A DNA stretch of 64,000 nucleotides from Coniocarpon cinnabarinum (lineage: Eukaryota): NCBI GenBank assembly GCA_051942205.1, contig JAVECO010000004.1, positions 1 through 64,000 on the forward strand, given 5' to 3'. Below the pieces are notes generated by a model that did not search any database, was not told the origin of the DNA, and was given only the letters and a program-made list of their open reading frames with translations. The position numbers and the translations under genes are program-made. Shown here one piece after another: positions 36,671-48,957 of this stretch (position 1 is its first letter; the number at the start of each line of letters is the position of its first letter).

Positions 36671-38518
36671 ATGTCCAGGAGCTGGGCTGCCGCGCCATCG
36701 TCGCCCTTTGGGCCAGAAGATGAATCATTGCGATTCACCCCATTCATTCCGAATGTGCCCCAAGAGAATCATGGGCACGAAAGACACGAGCCTGCTGCTC
36801 GACAAGCGTCACGCCTTTATCATGACCGTCAACAGCAGGCTCGAGCTCTACCCGCTGAGGAACAGCAGGGATTGACAGAGCTTGCGACGCCAGCGCACAG
36901 TCGAGACATGCCTGCAGAGCAGCTGTCGGGAAATGTACCTCATCAGCGACGAGCGCGTCCCTCAGGTACTTGGTATCGACCGTCTTCGATTGCGGAAGAG
37001 GAGGAGCAAGATGTGAGCGAGCTGAATGCCTCGGCTCCAGTCGCTTCAGAACATCCATCTAGCCAGCAAACCCCGTTCCCCACCCGCATACAAACGCGTC
37101 GCCCGTCACAGCTATCTTCTGCGCGGTCGAGTCGCCTCGAGCGTTTATCGTCGCAGGAAGAGTCGTCTCTTTCTGAGGTTTCCGCGCGTCGCGTCTCCCA
37201 GCAACGACAGCAGGTCCTGCAACATGAAGATGGCTGGTATCATTCGAACTTCCTTGAGGAGGCGCGTCAAGACTCACATGACAAATCTGAAGACGCTACA
37301 GACGCAAATGCTGTTACGCAAGAGTCTGCGGTCTCCGCGTATTTGACCCAGCTATATATCTTTTCTTATCTGATCTTTTTCGCAATCTTGGGCGCTCTTG
37401 CCCGCCTGGGCGTGCAATGGCTTACATTCTATCCTGGTGCGCCCATTGTGTTTCCCAATATTTGGGCGAATGTTAGCGGCACGTTGTTCATGGGTTTTCT
37501 GACAGAGGAGCGCCAGCTGTTCCGCGCCAGGTACGGCATTGAAGCCAAGAAGAAGCTGGCCAAGCTGCGTGCACAGGACATTCAGAAACTAGACCGACAG
37601 CCATCACAGGACCAGAAAGCGTATATTAGCTCCAAAAAGACAGTTCCGTTATACATTGGTCTCTCCGTTGGCTTTTGCGGGACTTTCACCAGCTTCTCGA
37701 CTTTTATTCGCGATGTCTTTCTGGCGTTATCTAACGACCTGCCAACGCCGCGGAATCACCCGTTTGATGTTGCGCAGACAGCTTCTGCGTCTTCAACTGT
37801 GCCCCGTGATGGTGGTTACAGCTTCATGGCTGTCATTGCCGTTCTGGCTCTTACGGTCGGCACGTGCGTCTCCGCGCTCCTCGTGGGCGGTCACACCGCT
37901 CTTGCTCTGGACTCTATGCTTCCAGTCCTCCCCTATCAAGCGATTCGACGATTTGTCGATCCACTAGTCGTCTTTCTTGGCTTTGGCTCCTGGATCGGAG
38001 CAATTATCCTGGCCATCGTTCCCCCAGATCGTCCAGGTGGCCCAGCAGCTCCAAGCAATGAAACATGGTCCTCCGAGCAATGGCGCGGTGAAGTTCTCAT
38101 GTCACTCGTCTTTGCACCAGTCGGCTGTCTACTCCGCTTCTTGCTTGCGCTCAAGCTCAATTCGATGATACCCAAATTTCCGATCGGCACATTTGTGGCC
38201 AACATCTTTGGGACGATGGTTCTCGCCATGTGCTACGATTTGCAGCATGTGCCGCTCGCCTCGTCCACCCCAGCCATGAACGGCGGCGGCCACATTGGAT
38301 GTCAGGTCTTGCAAGGCGTGCAGGACGGGTTCTGCGGCGCGCTGACGACCGTCAGCACGTGGGTTGTGGAGTTGCGAACATTGAGACGGCGGCATGCGTG
38401 GATGTATGGGTTGCTGAGTACGGCCGCAGGGTTGGCGTGCTTGGTGCTTATCACAGGTAGCGTTAGGTGGACGCTTGGATTCAGGCCAGCGGCTTGTGTG
38501 ACGGGGCGAACGGGTTAA
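36671..38518 (+). CDS. FEX1: Fluoride export protein (tandem CrcB/Fluc domains)
   Basis: Two Fluc repeats (GALARLG...ANVSGT...GFCGTFTSFS; GCLLRF...GTFVANIFGT...GFCGALTTVSTW) after a ~220-aa disordered N-terminus. Confidence 0.92.
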   Translation: MSRSWAAAPSSPFGPEDESLRFTPFIPNVPQENHGHERHEPAARQASRLYHDRQQQARALPAEEQQGLTELATPAHSRDMPAEQLSGNVPHQRRARPSGTWYRPSSIAEEEEQDVSELNASAPVASEHPSSQQTPFPTRIQTRRPSQLSSARSSRLERLSSQEESSLSEVSARRVSQQRQQVLQHEDGWYHSNFLEEARQDSHDKSEDATDANAVTQESAVSAYLTQLYIFSYLIFFAILGALARLGVQWLTFYPGAPIVFPNIWANVSGTLFMGFLTEERQLFRARYGIEAKKKLAKLRAQDIQKLDRQPSQDQKAYISSKKTVPLYIGLSVGFCGTFTSFSTFIRDVFLALSNDLPTPRNHPFDVAQTASASSTVPRDGGYSFMAVIAVLALTVGTCVSALLVGGHTALALDSMLPVLPYQAIRRFVDPLVVFLGFGSWIGAIILAIVPPDRPGGPAAPSNETWSSEQWRGEVLMSLVFAPVGCLLRFLLALKLNSMIPKFPIGTFVANIFGTMVLAMCYDLQHVPLASSTPAMNGGGHIGCQVLQGVQDGFCGALTTVSTWVVELRTLRRRHAWMYGLLSTAAGLACLVLITGSVRWTLGFRPAACVTGRTG

Positions 38519-41500
38519 GCGGGCGTAGCGACATGATCGTGTGAGCCTTGCGACAGTGTCGCGCGCTTGTCACATCACGCCCGACTTAAATGCTCAATGC
38601 GGCACTTATTTCGTTGCGTGGCTTGGTTGGGCAAAGTTCGCTTGCTGAAGCACTTCCCCGTGCTGTAGCAGCTTCGCCAGGGATACAGATCCCAAAAGGG
38701 CAAGTATAGGGCGACGTGCCGGGGCGTCGTGCCCTCAGCTTCGAGTGCTAGTCCTGCCTGCGCCACCAATATGATACTATGGCTTTGCAAGGAACCGGGT
38801 TCTAAATCAAGATCACCCTGAGAGTTGTCCCTCTCACAGCGTCACGCTCTGTCTTTGCAAATTTCATGCTCGTTCTTCAACACAGTACAATTCTCATAAA
38901 CAAGCTCGTCTGAGCTATTGACGAAGCAAGTGAAGGCTTTGTTGTCAGTTAGTAACGCATGGCAGGGCGATGAGTATTGCAAAGGCAATACGCAGGATTG
39001 CTATGCGACACACTGTATCAGACCACTCCATCAAGTATCCAGGTCGTTGTTTGTGGCCTTCTTTCAAAGCGAATCGAGGCCTCTTGTGGCGATAAAGACC
39101 GTCATGAGAAGCTTCTGTACAAGGGATCGTAGCTCGTTCTACCACCTTTGTTGCATCTGCATTCACATGGAGTGATTGCTCGACTGAGAGCTCAAGTATT
39201 CAAGAGGGATGTTCCCCAGCTCGAAGACCGGCCTTGATTTCTCCAGAGACCTGTGGTATTTTCATATGGAGAAGACAAGAGTGACATATGTGCCCCTGGC
39301 AAGGAAGGATTTGGACATCTTCAATGTTGGAGCGTAGCTGCTGAGGCATGAAGTTGCGGTTTTTGAAAGAGCCTTGCAAGACCTATGCTCAAGTGTAATC
39401 GACTAGAGGCCACTTTTAAATGGGTGCATAACACCGACTCATTTCAATCTATTCATTAGCAACGAAGGAGCGCAGCTCTGGCCATATTATCCTTGCGTTC
39501 ACGTAGTGAAGTTAACAAATCTTTTCGCAGCTCTCTTCGTACATACATTGCCCGTCCTAATTGTAGAAAATCCGGGGAGTTTAGACCTACACTGTAAGTG
39601 TATAAAGCGATGTCGTACAAACCACAATCGGCATCAGACTCAAATTTGCATCCGCCTTTCATATAGCTCACCTACACACAATGAGCAAGTAGGCCTGCTA
39701 ATGGATGTCCGGCGAGTCTCGCACAATGAGTATCATCATAGCCGTTGGAAATGTATTCATAGTAGGCCGTGTTCATGCTTTGCCCGCCATGAACGTGCCT
39801 GAATGCTTCCATGTCGATGAACACAATGTGTCATCGTCGTCAACTGCCCCTCGTGTCTCTCGTACTTGCCTCATTGTCAGGCAGCAGCCCCATAGTCCGC
39901 TCCTGCTTCATACAAAGCAGGAAGGAATCGCCCTTGCTCACACTGCGTCGAGCACTGTTTCCCAAAGCCCGCAGCGTCGCTGTCTATACGACGGGGCAAC
40001 TATTTCAGCTCTCGCCCTGTCTTGCAACATTCTTCTTCCTGTTCCACAACATTCCTAACGCTAAGGAGGATGCCATCCACAGTGCCCGAGTGTATAAATA
40101 TTTTTACCCCCACGATGACAGGCTACTCATGTGCAACACTCCCAACTTAAAACGCTGGCATTATAGAGTGCGCCCATTCAATGGCGCACCTCTTCCCACG
40201 CCAGCGGACATCTTTCCCCAACCTTTTCCTTTCTGCGCCTCAAATCACGTTATGACCCCAAATACCCCAGATGAGAGTCTGTTCACGATCATGTATTTGG
40301 CAGCCCCTCTCAAAGCAGCGTCAGATCCACGTTCTTGTATTTTAGTGCATCAATACATCTGGGTCGCACCTTCCTGTCTTGTGGGGAGCTTTGTTCAGGC
40401 CCAGCCACTGCACACAACACAGACAGCTACGTTGCTGGTGATGACGGATCAACACAACCAGCAGGAGCTTTATTCCTGTCCCAGGTTTTTAGAGGACCGT
40501 TGATTGTATTCATGAGTGGACTGTTCCTTCACCAGCCAAGTCCGTCGAGCCGGACGCTGTCCAGCTGTGCGCAAGGGGAAGGTGCGTTTGAAAGGGAAGG
40601 AGAGAAGAACGTCTACGCAAAGATGCATCCCGGACTTGCACATCGACATTACTTGAGCTTGGTTCAGCGTGGTGTACGTGGATATGGCACTTACTGTATC
40701 ATTGATAGTTGCGACGACGCACTCAACGTTTTAATATTGTGCTCATCATTACATCACCACCTTTTTTGGTGTCGGGGCTATTTTGATGCCCAGTGAGGTG
40801 ATGTTCTATCACATGACCCGCAAAGCAAGCTGCATGAAGGCCGGAGCTGCTTGCAAAAACAGCGCGAAGATAATCTCAAGGCTGTAAATGCTCGACTGAA
40901 AGGACACGTGTCGAGAGGAAATGTGAAAGGCGTCTCCTGCTTTCCCATTTGCAGAGGATCTAGATCGGCACCGAATGGTCTGTGATCTGCGCTTGACCCG
41001 TGCTACAGTCTTATATCTCTCAAGAGGGCTGAGGGCTTCCCTTTGATGCAGATGCAATACGTCCAACTCATGTCCAACCCGGATTGACGCGAGTCGTCGC
41101 CTTGTTTCACTGCGAGAGAGGAGGTGCCGTGAATATTCACTGAGGTGGATGAAAGGCTATATGATGGCCATTGTTATGGTCGAGTGCCGGTGACTTTCAT
41201 TGCATGTTTTGTGTTCCGCGCTTAAAGGGGTCGGGTCTGAGGACATGGATGGTATCTTACAGTACGATTCTCTTGTGTTCGCGGTCTTGGCTCTAACAGC
41301 TCTGATGGCAAAACCCGAGAAGAAATTGAGAGAAACAAACGGGAAACGATGGGACGTTTTCGAAGCCACTGGCGTCGTACCCATGAGGGTCTAGAACGAA
41401 AATACTTGCGGCAGCACAATATAGTGCATTGTGAGGCGCAAGAGTATTTCGGCGTTATGCCCCTAGTCCTGTCGGTTGATGTTTAGTATGCCAAGGGCTC

Positions 41501-42303
41501 TCTCCCAGAACTTGTCCAAGACTGATGTTGGGTTGCACAAGTCGTGGCGTAAAATTCTCAAAGCGTCAGACGTACATCTGATAAAATCATCAATAGTTCG
41601 GTCATTCGAGAAGAGGCATGCCTCCAATTTTGTCGGGAACTACATTCAATCAGTCATGCCCCTAGCGGAATATCATTAATCCGGCCCACCCTCAACGATT
41701 TCGGGACTTCCTCGGCTGTCATTTCCGTTGCTTGTCCCTCTTTTCATTCATATGTGGCTTGAACGACTATAGTAAAAGGGTCGTGGTCGTGCTGTAAGCG
41801 AACATATTTTCTCGCCTAGCTTTAAGGCCTTGCCGGCTTTTACGGCTTGTGTAACCAAGCTGTCGTTATTCAATCCTCGACTCTCGACCTATCATTTCTT
41901 TCTCTTCCACTATGCAAGTGCCAGACCAACATTTGACAAGCTTGAAATGAATTCACACCCGTGACTCGCCTCTGCAGATAGGACCAAAGTCCCTTAAACA
42001 TCCAGCAAACGATCGCCATGCGAGATTGACTTGATGCCTTGCTTGTTGTGACTCGGGACTAAATTGTGTTTCTCTGAGGAACCTTACATCATGAGCGCTT
42101 CATAGTATTAGGGAATGGTGACGAAGTCTTGACGCATCAAACAATCCAGCACGTGATTCAAGTTCAGTCATCCTTAGCAATGGAGCTTTCGTGTCTGAGC
42201 ACTGAGGCCCCATCTGTAATTTATATTGTAGTCCTCTCCTGGTCTCTAGTCTTTCATTTGCAACATTACCGTACTAATAAAAGCACCTTGCACAGCTTTA
42301 GAA

Positions 42304-43408
42304 ATGGCTTCATCATCGAACAACCTAGGGCACATTGGCATTCTGCCGTTGGAAATTCGAAACTGCATCTACGAATACACTGTGTGCTGGCTGGACCAAC
42401 CCCGGCCAAACCCATCTCAAAAGTTTCCTCTTGGGATTTTGCGCGCTAATCGTTCCTTCTATGACCAAATTGTGCCCTTCCTGTATAAAGGCTGGACTCT
42501 GACATTTGCTTGCGACTCGACGAGGACCCCGGAAAGTCCCGAACTTCCAGACGGTTATTTCGCGTTCATCGAGGCGTGCATCGATCATCCCCGCTACGGG
42601 AGCTTCCGCCTTCCAACTTTCTCTGGACGTTTGGATACTGCTAGCACTACCTATGCTAGCACCACCTATGAGTGTGACCACTATTCAGTACTGCCATACA
42701 GTCGCTTGCGATCAGTCAGAGTACTCCTCGCCCCGCCACACCGCGAGTCTGGCTATCTAGTCGTGGGCTGGCGTGGAGCAAAGTCTATCGCAGATATTCT
42801 AGAGAAGTCACTGCTAGATAGGAGTTCTTCCTTTACCAGCACCTTGTAGCTCTTTCGAACTCGGCAGGTTACAACGTATTCTTTGGAGACGTATCATTGT
42901 AAAGCATATCTCCAAAAAGCTATCAGCCTCGGTGGAACTACATGTTACTCGTACTGAAGTAGGTTGAAATGACTTTACTTACTTGTGGCGGTATAGCCTT
43001 TAATCAATAGCCTGACGCACTAAAATGCAGTACATCGTTAGACGTGTTGAGGAGTTGCCATTATACTCATAGCTTTGCGACCCCGAATTTACCTTACCGA
43101 AGAAGCTCGTTGCCGAGTCTGAAATCCTGCAGAAGCTCGGGAATGTAAACCTTGCAGCGGTAAATGTGATCCAACCTAACCAATGGCGTTCAAATTGAGG
43201 TAAAAATTCGAAATTGGTGGCCCATCTGATACGTACGCACATGGATACTTGGGAAGTGGCGATCTTTGAAGCGTCTGGTGCAGGTTTCAGAGGAAAGGAT
43301 CGCGCGGAGTGGAGGCTTGTTGACCAGGTACATGAATGCCTCAACATTCAGGCTAGCAGGAAGGTACACGCACCTGATCCGGTTCAGGTTGTGACGGCTC
43401 AGGGCTGA
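42304..43408 (+). pseudogene. F-box-like (LPLEIRxxIY) gene, truncated or decayed
   Basis: LGILPLEIRNCIYEY...ILRANRSFYDQIVPFLY N-terminus. The ORF stops at 42849, but coding-like frames with TAG/TAA/TGA interruptions continue to 43408. Confidence 0.55.
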
Positions 43409-44217
43409 ACATGAATGCTAGAGGATTTAATTGGCTCTCATCATGACACTGCGAATGTGTCACCCGCGTCACCCGCATCCCACCGTGTATCAAATCTTAC
43501 GCGTGATGCACACACCTATCTCAGTAGTGCGAGGTCGTTGACCTCGGCGCGAGTGCACGCGGCGCGGCAAAGCCGATTTCTACAGCGTATACGCTCCTCA
43601 ATCGCTGCGTCTCCGCGCTCTTGGCCAATCTATAGCGGCCCGTGGACACAACGCCTTCCGGTAGCAGTCAAGGCCACCCGAGCCACACTACCCACGGAGC
43701 TCAAATAAGCCAAAAGGGGAGTGTGTCGGAGGGCGCTACTCTTAATTCAATTGGGTGTGCGAGGTCTAGTCCATTTGTCATCCCATGAAAGACACTGCAG
43801 GTTCCGCCTGTTGGTACGCTTTTGCCTCTACGACGCTATCTAGAGATGGAGTGTGAGGCGACATAGGATTACTGTTTGCCGTGTGGAATGCTTGAAGCTT
43901 CTTCTGAGCAGCACTGCTCGCAGACTATTCTCCATTCCCATGGTCAATATCCAGTGATCTGTCTTTAAAGAATCATTATGCGGCTGCATTCTTGTGAGCA
44001 GATTCTATATTTGGCATGTTCGCCGAATCTTAAGACAGGTGTCGAGTATGAGTTGTTGGCTATAAGTAAACGTGGATCGCTTTACATTCGTGCAAAGACT
44101 AAGACAGCCAAACAGCAGATCCAGAAAACAATACTTGTTTATTTATCACAACTTGCATACCCAGGCTTTAAACATTTCTTCTTTTCTCTTCACCGCCCAA
44201 AGAAGACATTCGAAATT

Positions 44218-44575
44218 ATGACCCTTATTGAGAACGTCCAGCTTGGCACCTTTACCTCGGGGAAAAGTCGACGTAAGCGGAACGGCGCACATTGAGTTGA
44301 ACTTGACGCATGCAGGAAACTGGCGTGACGTAGTCACCCGCAAAGTTCAGGAAGTTTTCGATGCTGAGAAGTCTCGTGCAAATCTTGAAAATGTGGGGAA
44401 AGTGGTAGTCACGCACGAATTCGGGTAAGTGGTCATCATTTGTTCTCTGTTTATGCGCGATGCGCACCGGGAGTGATCTGACGTAGATTAACATCACGAT
44501 AGGCGCAATTTTCACCTGAGTTTCCGCACTGGCAGTGGAGCTGAGGCACACTCCAAGGCGAATGTCACTATTTAG
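44218..44575 (+). CDS. Small three-exon hypothetical protein (78 aa)
   Basis: Exons 44218-44272, 44316-44424, 44503-44575. Introns GTAAGC..TTGAC..CAG and GTAAGT..TTAAC..TAG restore a single frame. Confidence 0.6.
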
Positions 44576-45291
44576 CATATTGCGTTGGAGCATGGGATTG
44601 TAGCTTCAAGCATTGTGGCTGCTGAAGCTTGGTTGTAAAACCTAGACGCTCGTTTGAATATCAACTATCACTGGCTGTTCTTTGACGGTCTGAAACTTTC
44701 TCTGCTTTTCATTTGATCTATCATGTCGATTAGATTACATTCGTGAGAGTCAATCCATGCGTGTTCTCGGACTTATCACCCATAGTTCGAACAGCATGAA
44801 TGGCAACAAAAGAGGAGAGATTGGTTTATAGGAACGCGGTTCCATCAACGATGTGTCTTCAGCATACCCGAGTCCACTGCATCTTAATCAGGATCACGAG
44901 CATCTGGTAATTACCTCCAAACCTCTTTGCAAACAAATGTCATCAGTCTAACAATTCGCAAACACTTTTTATGTCTGAAAAAGGCTTTCACCACCGCTCG
45001 GTCGCGCAATCCACTCAAGTAGGGAGACACGTATGTAGTGTAATAGAAGCCTCCGGGCAAGATAAGAGAAGAGTGACTGGTTGAAACTACATGCATGAGT
45101 GTCTTCATGGAAGTCTGGAAATCGCCCTCAACCCTTGCTCATATACGGCTTTACGCAGTAAACTGTCACTTAAATGGTGGTCTAGGGTCCTTGATAAGAG
45201 TCTTTTTTAGCGAAAGGTATTGCACGTAGCAGAAATAGAGGGAGTACGGAAGAACTGGCACGGGAATTGTGTAGAAAGACAGCGTACCGAG

Positions 45292-45543
45292 AGTGTGGTC
45301 AGTGGTTCGGTTGTGAGTAGTTTAGTCGTGGCAAACTATTATGATATCGGTTTAGTTCTTAACCTTATCGGTTGTAGTAGCGCATGCCACTAAACTATAA
45401 CTATACTAAACTAATACTTACTAATAATTAAAGGTTTAGTTATAGTAAACTACTATAATATTAGTTTAGTTCTTAGTATTATTAGTTTTAGTAGTGCATG
45501 CTACTAGACCGTAAATGAACTGAACTGAACTATTGACTATACT
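45292..45543. mobile_element. RIP-degraded MITE-like element
   Basis: 21-bp terminal inverted repeats differing only by five G/A transitions; internal 74-bp direct repeat (45319-45392 vs 45433-45506); strongly TA-rich. Confidence 0.7.
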
Positions 45544-46227
45544 GCGTATAGAGGCGCTAGCAGATGATGAAGCAGTCAAACCATAATCTAGGAATCCTGA
45601 CTTCGCCGCAAGTCCTCAAAACGCTAACACCGACATCTGCGAAGACTTGCTACCTTTGACTGATTCAAGGCCACAAAATGGGTCGGACACTCAGCATTGC
45701 GAGGAAGATGTGTTTGCCGTCCAGCAGTATCACACGACCCACTTCGATAAGTTTCTGCCACAACATGTGCGTCGGCCACAACATCGTCATGGCTAGAATC
45801 CAAGATGCGCTTAGCAGGTAATGAGAGATTCCATACTCATTTACGTTTGGCACATCAATGCCACGACATATGCGTAACGGAAGGCCGGCCGTTGACAACA
45901 GAGACAGTTGTCTTCAATAGTAGTCCAGCACAGCATGCCTTCAGGAGCCCACATCGTGACATATCCTGATACTACGAGTTTTCAAGAGACACATTGAATT
46001 GAGCGACTTGCACTACCGAGGCTCCCGTGTGCTTCCTTCCTCTTACTCTCTCTCTCTGTGGGCTCTAGTCAAAAGCTTAGATATATCGCTTCATGTGTAC
46101 TATTAGCACCAGCACAACATCAAACACACTCTTACAATGCAGTTAGAAACTTAGTGCAAAGAGATTCACATTTCAAAAATTGACAGGCTCAAATGCAATG
46201 CTATGTCACGCCATCCCTACATGCAAA

Positions 46228-47442
46228 CTAGTATGTCGTCCCAATGTCTCCCCATTTGATGTTTGAGAACGTCACATCAGTGCTAGGGTCCTTCTGTTGA
46301 ATCAAGGACGGAGCGCCTTCACTGCTGCTGCATGGCCCAGCATTGCCACTGTCCAACCAGTTCATGTTGCCGCCGTTATCATTCCAAAGACTGAAGATGA
46401 GCACCATTCCGCGTCCTAGCGCGGCTCCCATCTGCTTCAAGCCACCGCGCTGTTGGAAAGACGCGGAACTGCTTTGGCAGTACGAATCGGTGATGGAGTC
46501 GATGGTTGCGCCGTTGAAGGGTACAGCGGCGTTCTGGATGACCTTGCCGTTCTGAACGTAGAGACGTCGGATCTCCTTCAGCGTGCCGGTAGCAGTGCCG
46601 TCGGTAGTCAAGAATTGTGTGGTCACAGTGAAAGGTCTGAGGGTGTCCACGGTGTCACCGTTGACGCCGTAGTATGACTTCGCTCCCAGAGCGTAAGGGT
46701 TGTATCCGCATCCGGACTTGTCACAGAGGCCGTTCGAGCCACAGTCATTCCCGGTGCACGCCTGGAGGGCGGTGGTTGTGCAAGCGTGTGGCGTCAGCGC
46801 TGTTGCGTTGGCATTAGCTTCCCACAAGTCCATCTCGTTACAGCAGGCACCCTGAGAGTTGACGTTCTTGACGCCGTTGATGTAGCTTGGGGCTCCACAT
46901 TGTGCGTCGCAATATCCGGTGCCGTATGCTGCGCCAGCAGGGTTGAGAGTAGATCGTCCACCATCGGCTTCCATCTCGGAAAGGTACAATGCACCGTTCA
47001 TGCCACATGGTGCGTTGGACACGTCCACGTCAAAGCTAACCTCTTGGTTGAGCAGCTTGAGAAGCGAGTAGTTTTGCCCGTCAGGGTCCAGCAGGTACAC
47101 CCGTGGAGAGACACTTCGGCCATTGAGGTATTGCTGAAGATGCATGGAGTTGCCACTTGTCGTCACGCCGTGCGAGGCGTAGTCTGTGATGCCTTGGAGA
47201 GCGCAAGCATCTGCACAGGCCTGAGCAGTAGAACAGCCGGCACAGTTAGCCCCGCTGTTGGCGTTGCCGAGCGTGTGAGTTCCGGAGTCCAAGACAATGG
47301 TCGTCTGTTGATTGACACAGCCACCAGACTTCGTGCATTTCTGCGTTGTGAGCTGGGGGTGGGCGTCAGGTGTGCCTGCCCGCTGAGCAGCAATGAAGGG
47401 CAATGCAGCCAGCAGGGCCAGCGAAATCTTTGATGGTGCCAT
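46228..47442 (-). CDS. Glycoside hydrolase family 7 endoglucanase (Cel7B/EG I type), no CBM1
   Basis: Signal peptide; SPRVYLL, FDVDVSNAPCGMNGALYLSEM, YGTGYCDAQC, catalytic CCNEMDLWEAN, IRRLYVQNGK, NMNWLDS and FSNIKWGDIGTT*. Confidence 0.95.
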   Translation of the reverse strand: MAPSKISLALLAALPFIAAQRAGTPDAHPQLTTQKCTKSGGCVNQQTTIVLDSGTHTLGNANSGANCAGCSTAQACADACALQGITDYASHGVTTSGNSMHLQQYLNGRSVSPRVYLLDPDGQNYSLLKLLNQEVSFDVDVSNAPCGMNGALYLSEMEADGGRSTLNPAGAAYGTGYCDAQCGAPSYINGVKNVNSQGACCNEMDLWEANANATALTPHACTTTALQACTGNDCGSNGLCDKSGCGYNPYALGAKSYYGVNGDTVDTLRPFTVTTQFLTTDGTATGTLKEIRRLYVQNGKVIQNAAVPFNGATIDSITDSYCQSSSASFQQRGGLKQMGAALGRGMVLIFSLWNDNGGNMNWLDSGNAGPCSSSEGAPSLIQQKDPSTDVTFSNIKWGDIGTTY

Positions 47443-48957
47443 GATGGAGGAGTGCTAGTGAGAAAAGCAAGGACAATGAATGTCGCTGGCAAAGTACGCA
47501 GAAAATGAGTGATGTTTCGAGCAAAATTACGCTGCTGCTTACGTTCAGACAGATCATATTTGTAGTTTGCATCTTCAAGAAAATGCTGCATTGCCACGCA
47601 TGATCCGATTCCCCTCAACCCTACATCTAGATTGGAATCTGGGATAGAAACAGGGATCTCACCCTCTGACACATCAGCATTTTGCTACTTCATGCTATCA
47701 CGTAACAAATTTGGACTAGCGGCCGGCAATAGATCCCTGTAAGCGGTGCCAGACAAACCTACCCCAGATCTACCATGCATGCGTAGGAGACCCTGCATTG
47801 GCAGCTTTATACTACCACACCACACTAGAGGGACAATTTGTGCGCAACGTGGGTCTACACGGGTAAGTCGGGGCCTGGCTGGTTATATGAAAAGGGTCTT
47901 GTGGCTTGTGAGTGCGGATATACTTTCGAATCATTGTCTGGACCAGCCGAATCATGTGTGTATCAAATGCTGCACTACACATGCCCTGCATATCTGGATA
48001 GTGAGAGCTAACACGCAACTTGACCAGGTAGATGAACAGTAAGATAAATGTTGGCGAGATTGTCGATAGTATTGTGCTTCGATGTCGAGGTGACTCTGTG
48101 TTCGAGACCGAGCATCATGCATGCAACAGTGGCGAGAACTTGCAGCTGCGCCAGGACTTCCCGACTGGCGCTCGTTGATATACGTGGCGGGCTGTCACAT
48201 AGCATAGAGACCGAGGAGCGGCTACAAGACAATAACCGAGGAACACTAAGCTGAGGAAGGCAAGTGCCCAAGCGGAGTAAGTACCTACTGAGTTTTGAGG
48301 CACCAAACCCGCGCTTTGATGCCACGTCACGTGACGTATCATCGGAATAGAGGGAGCATCCGAGTCACTCTCTTGCCTGGTCTGCGACAAGGTAAAAGTT
48401 AACAATAGAAACTTCCATACATCAAGCCTAGTAGATGGCGTTGTTACGCGTCTGGGCACACATCGCTAATGTTACGGAGAAGCACCAATTTACTAACAGC
48501 TCGTGGAGGCCCAGAAAATATCCACTTGGGTCGTGATTAGCACACTCTTTGCACCAGATTGACATGCATCTCGATGAACAACGAAAGTTCTAGCTGTTAC
48601 GTACTTGTCGACAATATCTGCCGCTACGAGACGTCGCTAGCGCATTGAGCATGCTTTAGCTATCGTGCAAACACTTGGGGACAACGATGACAACATGCTC
48701 GTGTGCTGTCGCGTGAGTGACCATAACAATCCGCATGGAGAGTATTATTACTTTATAGAGTGGGAAACGTTGTGGGCATAGGAAGTGAAAAACTAGAGCC
48801 GGCTCATTGACACTCGAACCGCTGTCGTTCGATGTATAGTATCTACAAACAATTCAGTCGCTCTAAGCTAATGCGTTGCACCTGAACGATTCCCACGCTC
48901 TCTGCCGAGACCAATGGCCGACGAGTGCACTGCTGGTTTACAGAGCCTTCGTCAGGA

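Noticed and set aside
25300..46200. Starship or other large mobile element
   Set aside because: No tyrosine recombinase (captain), transposase or convincing boundary repeats are visible.
46786..47433. 215-aa plus-strand ORF
   Set aside because: Antisense to the GH7 gene.
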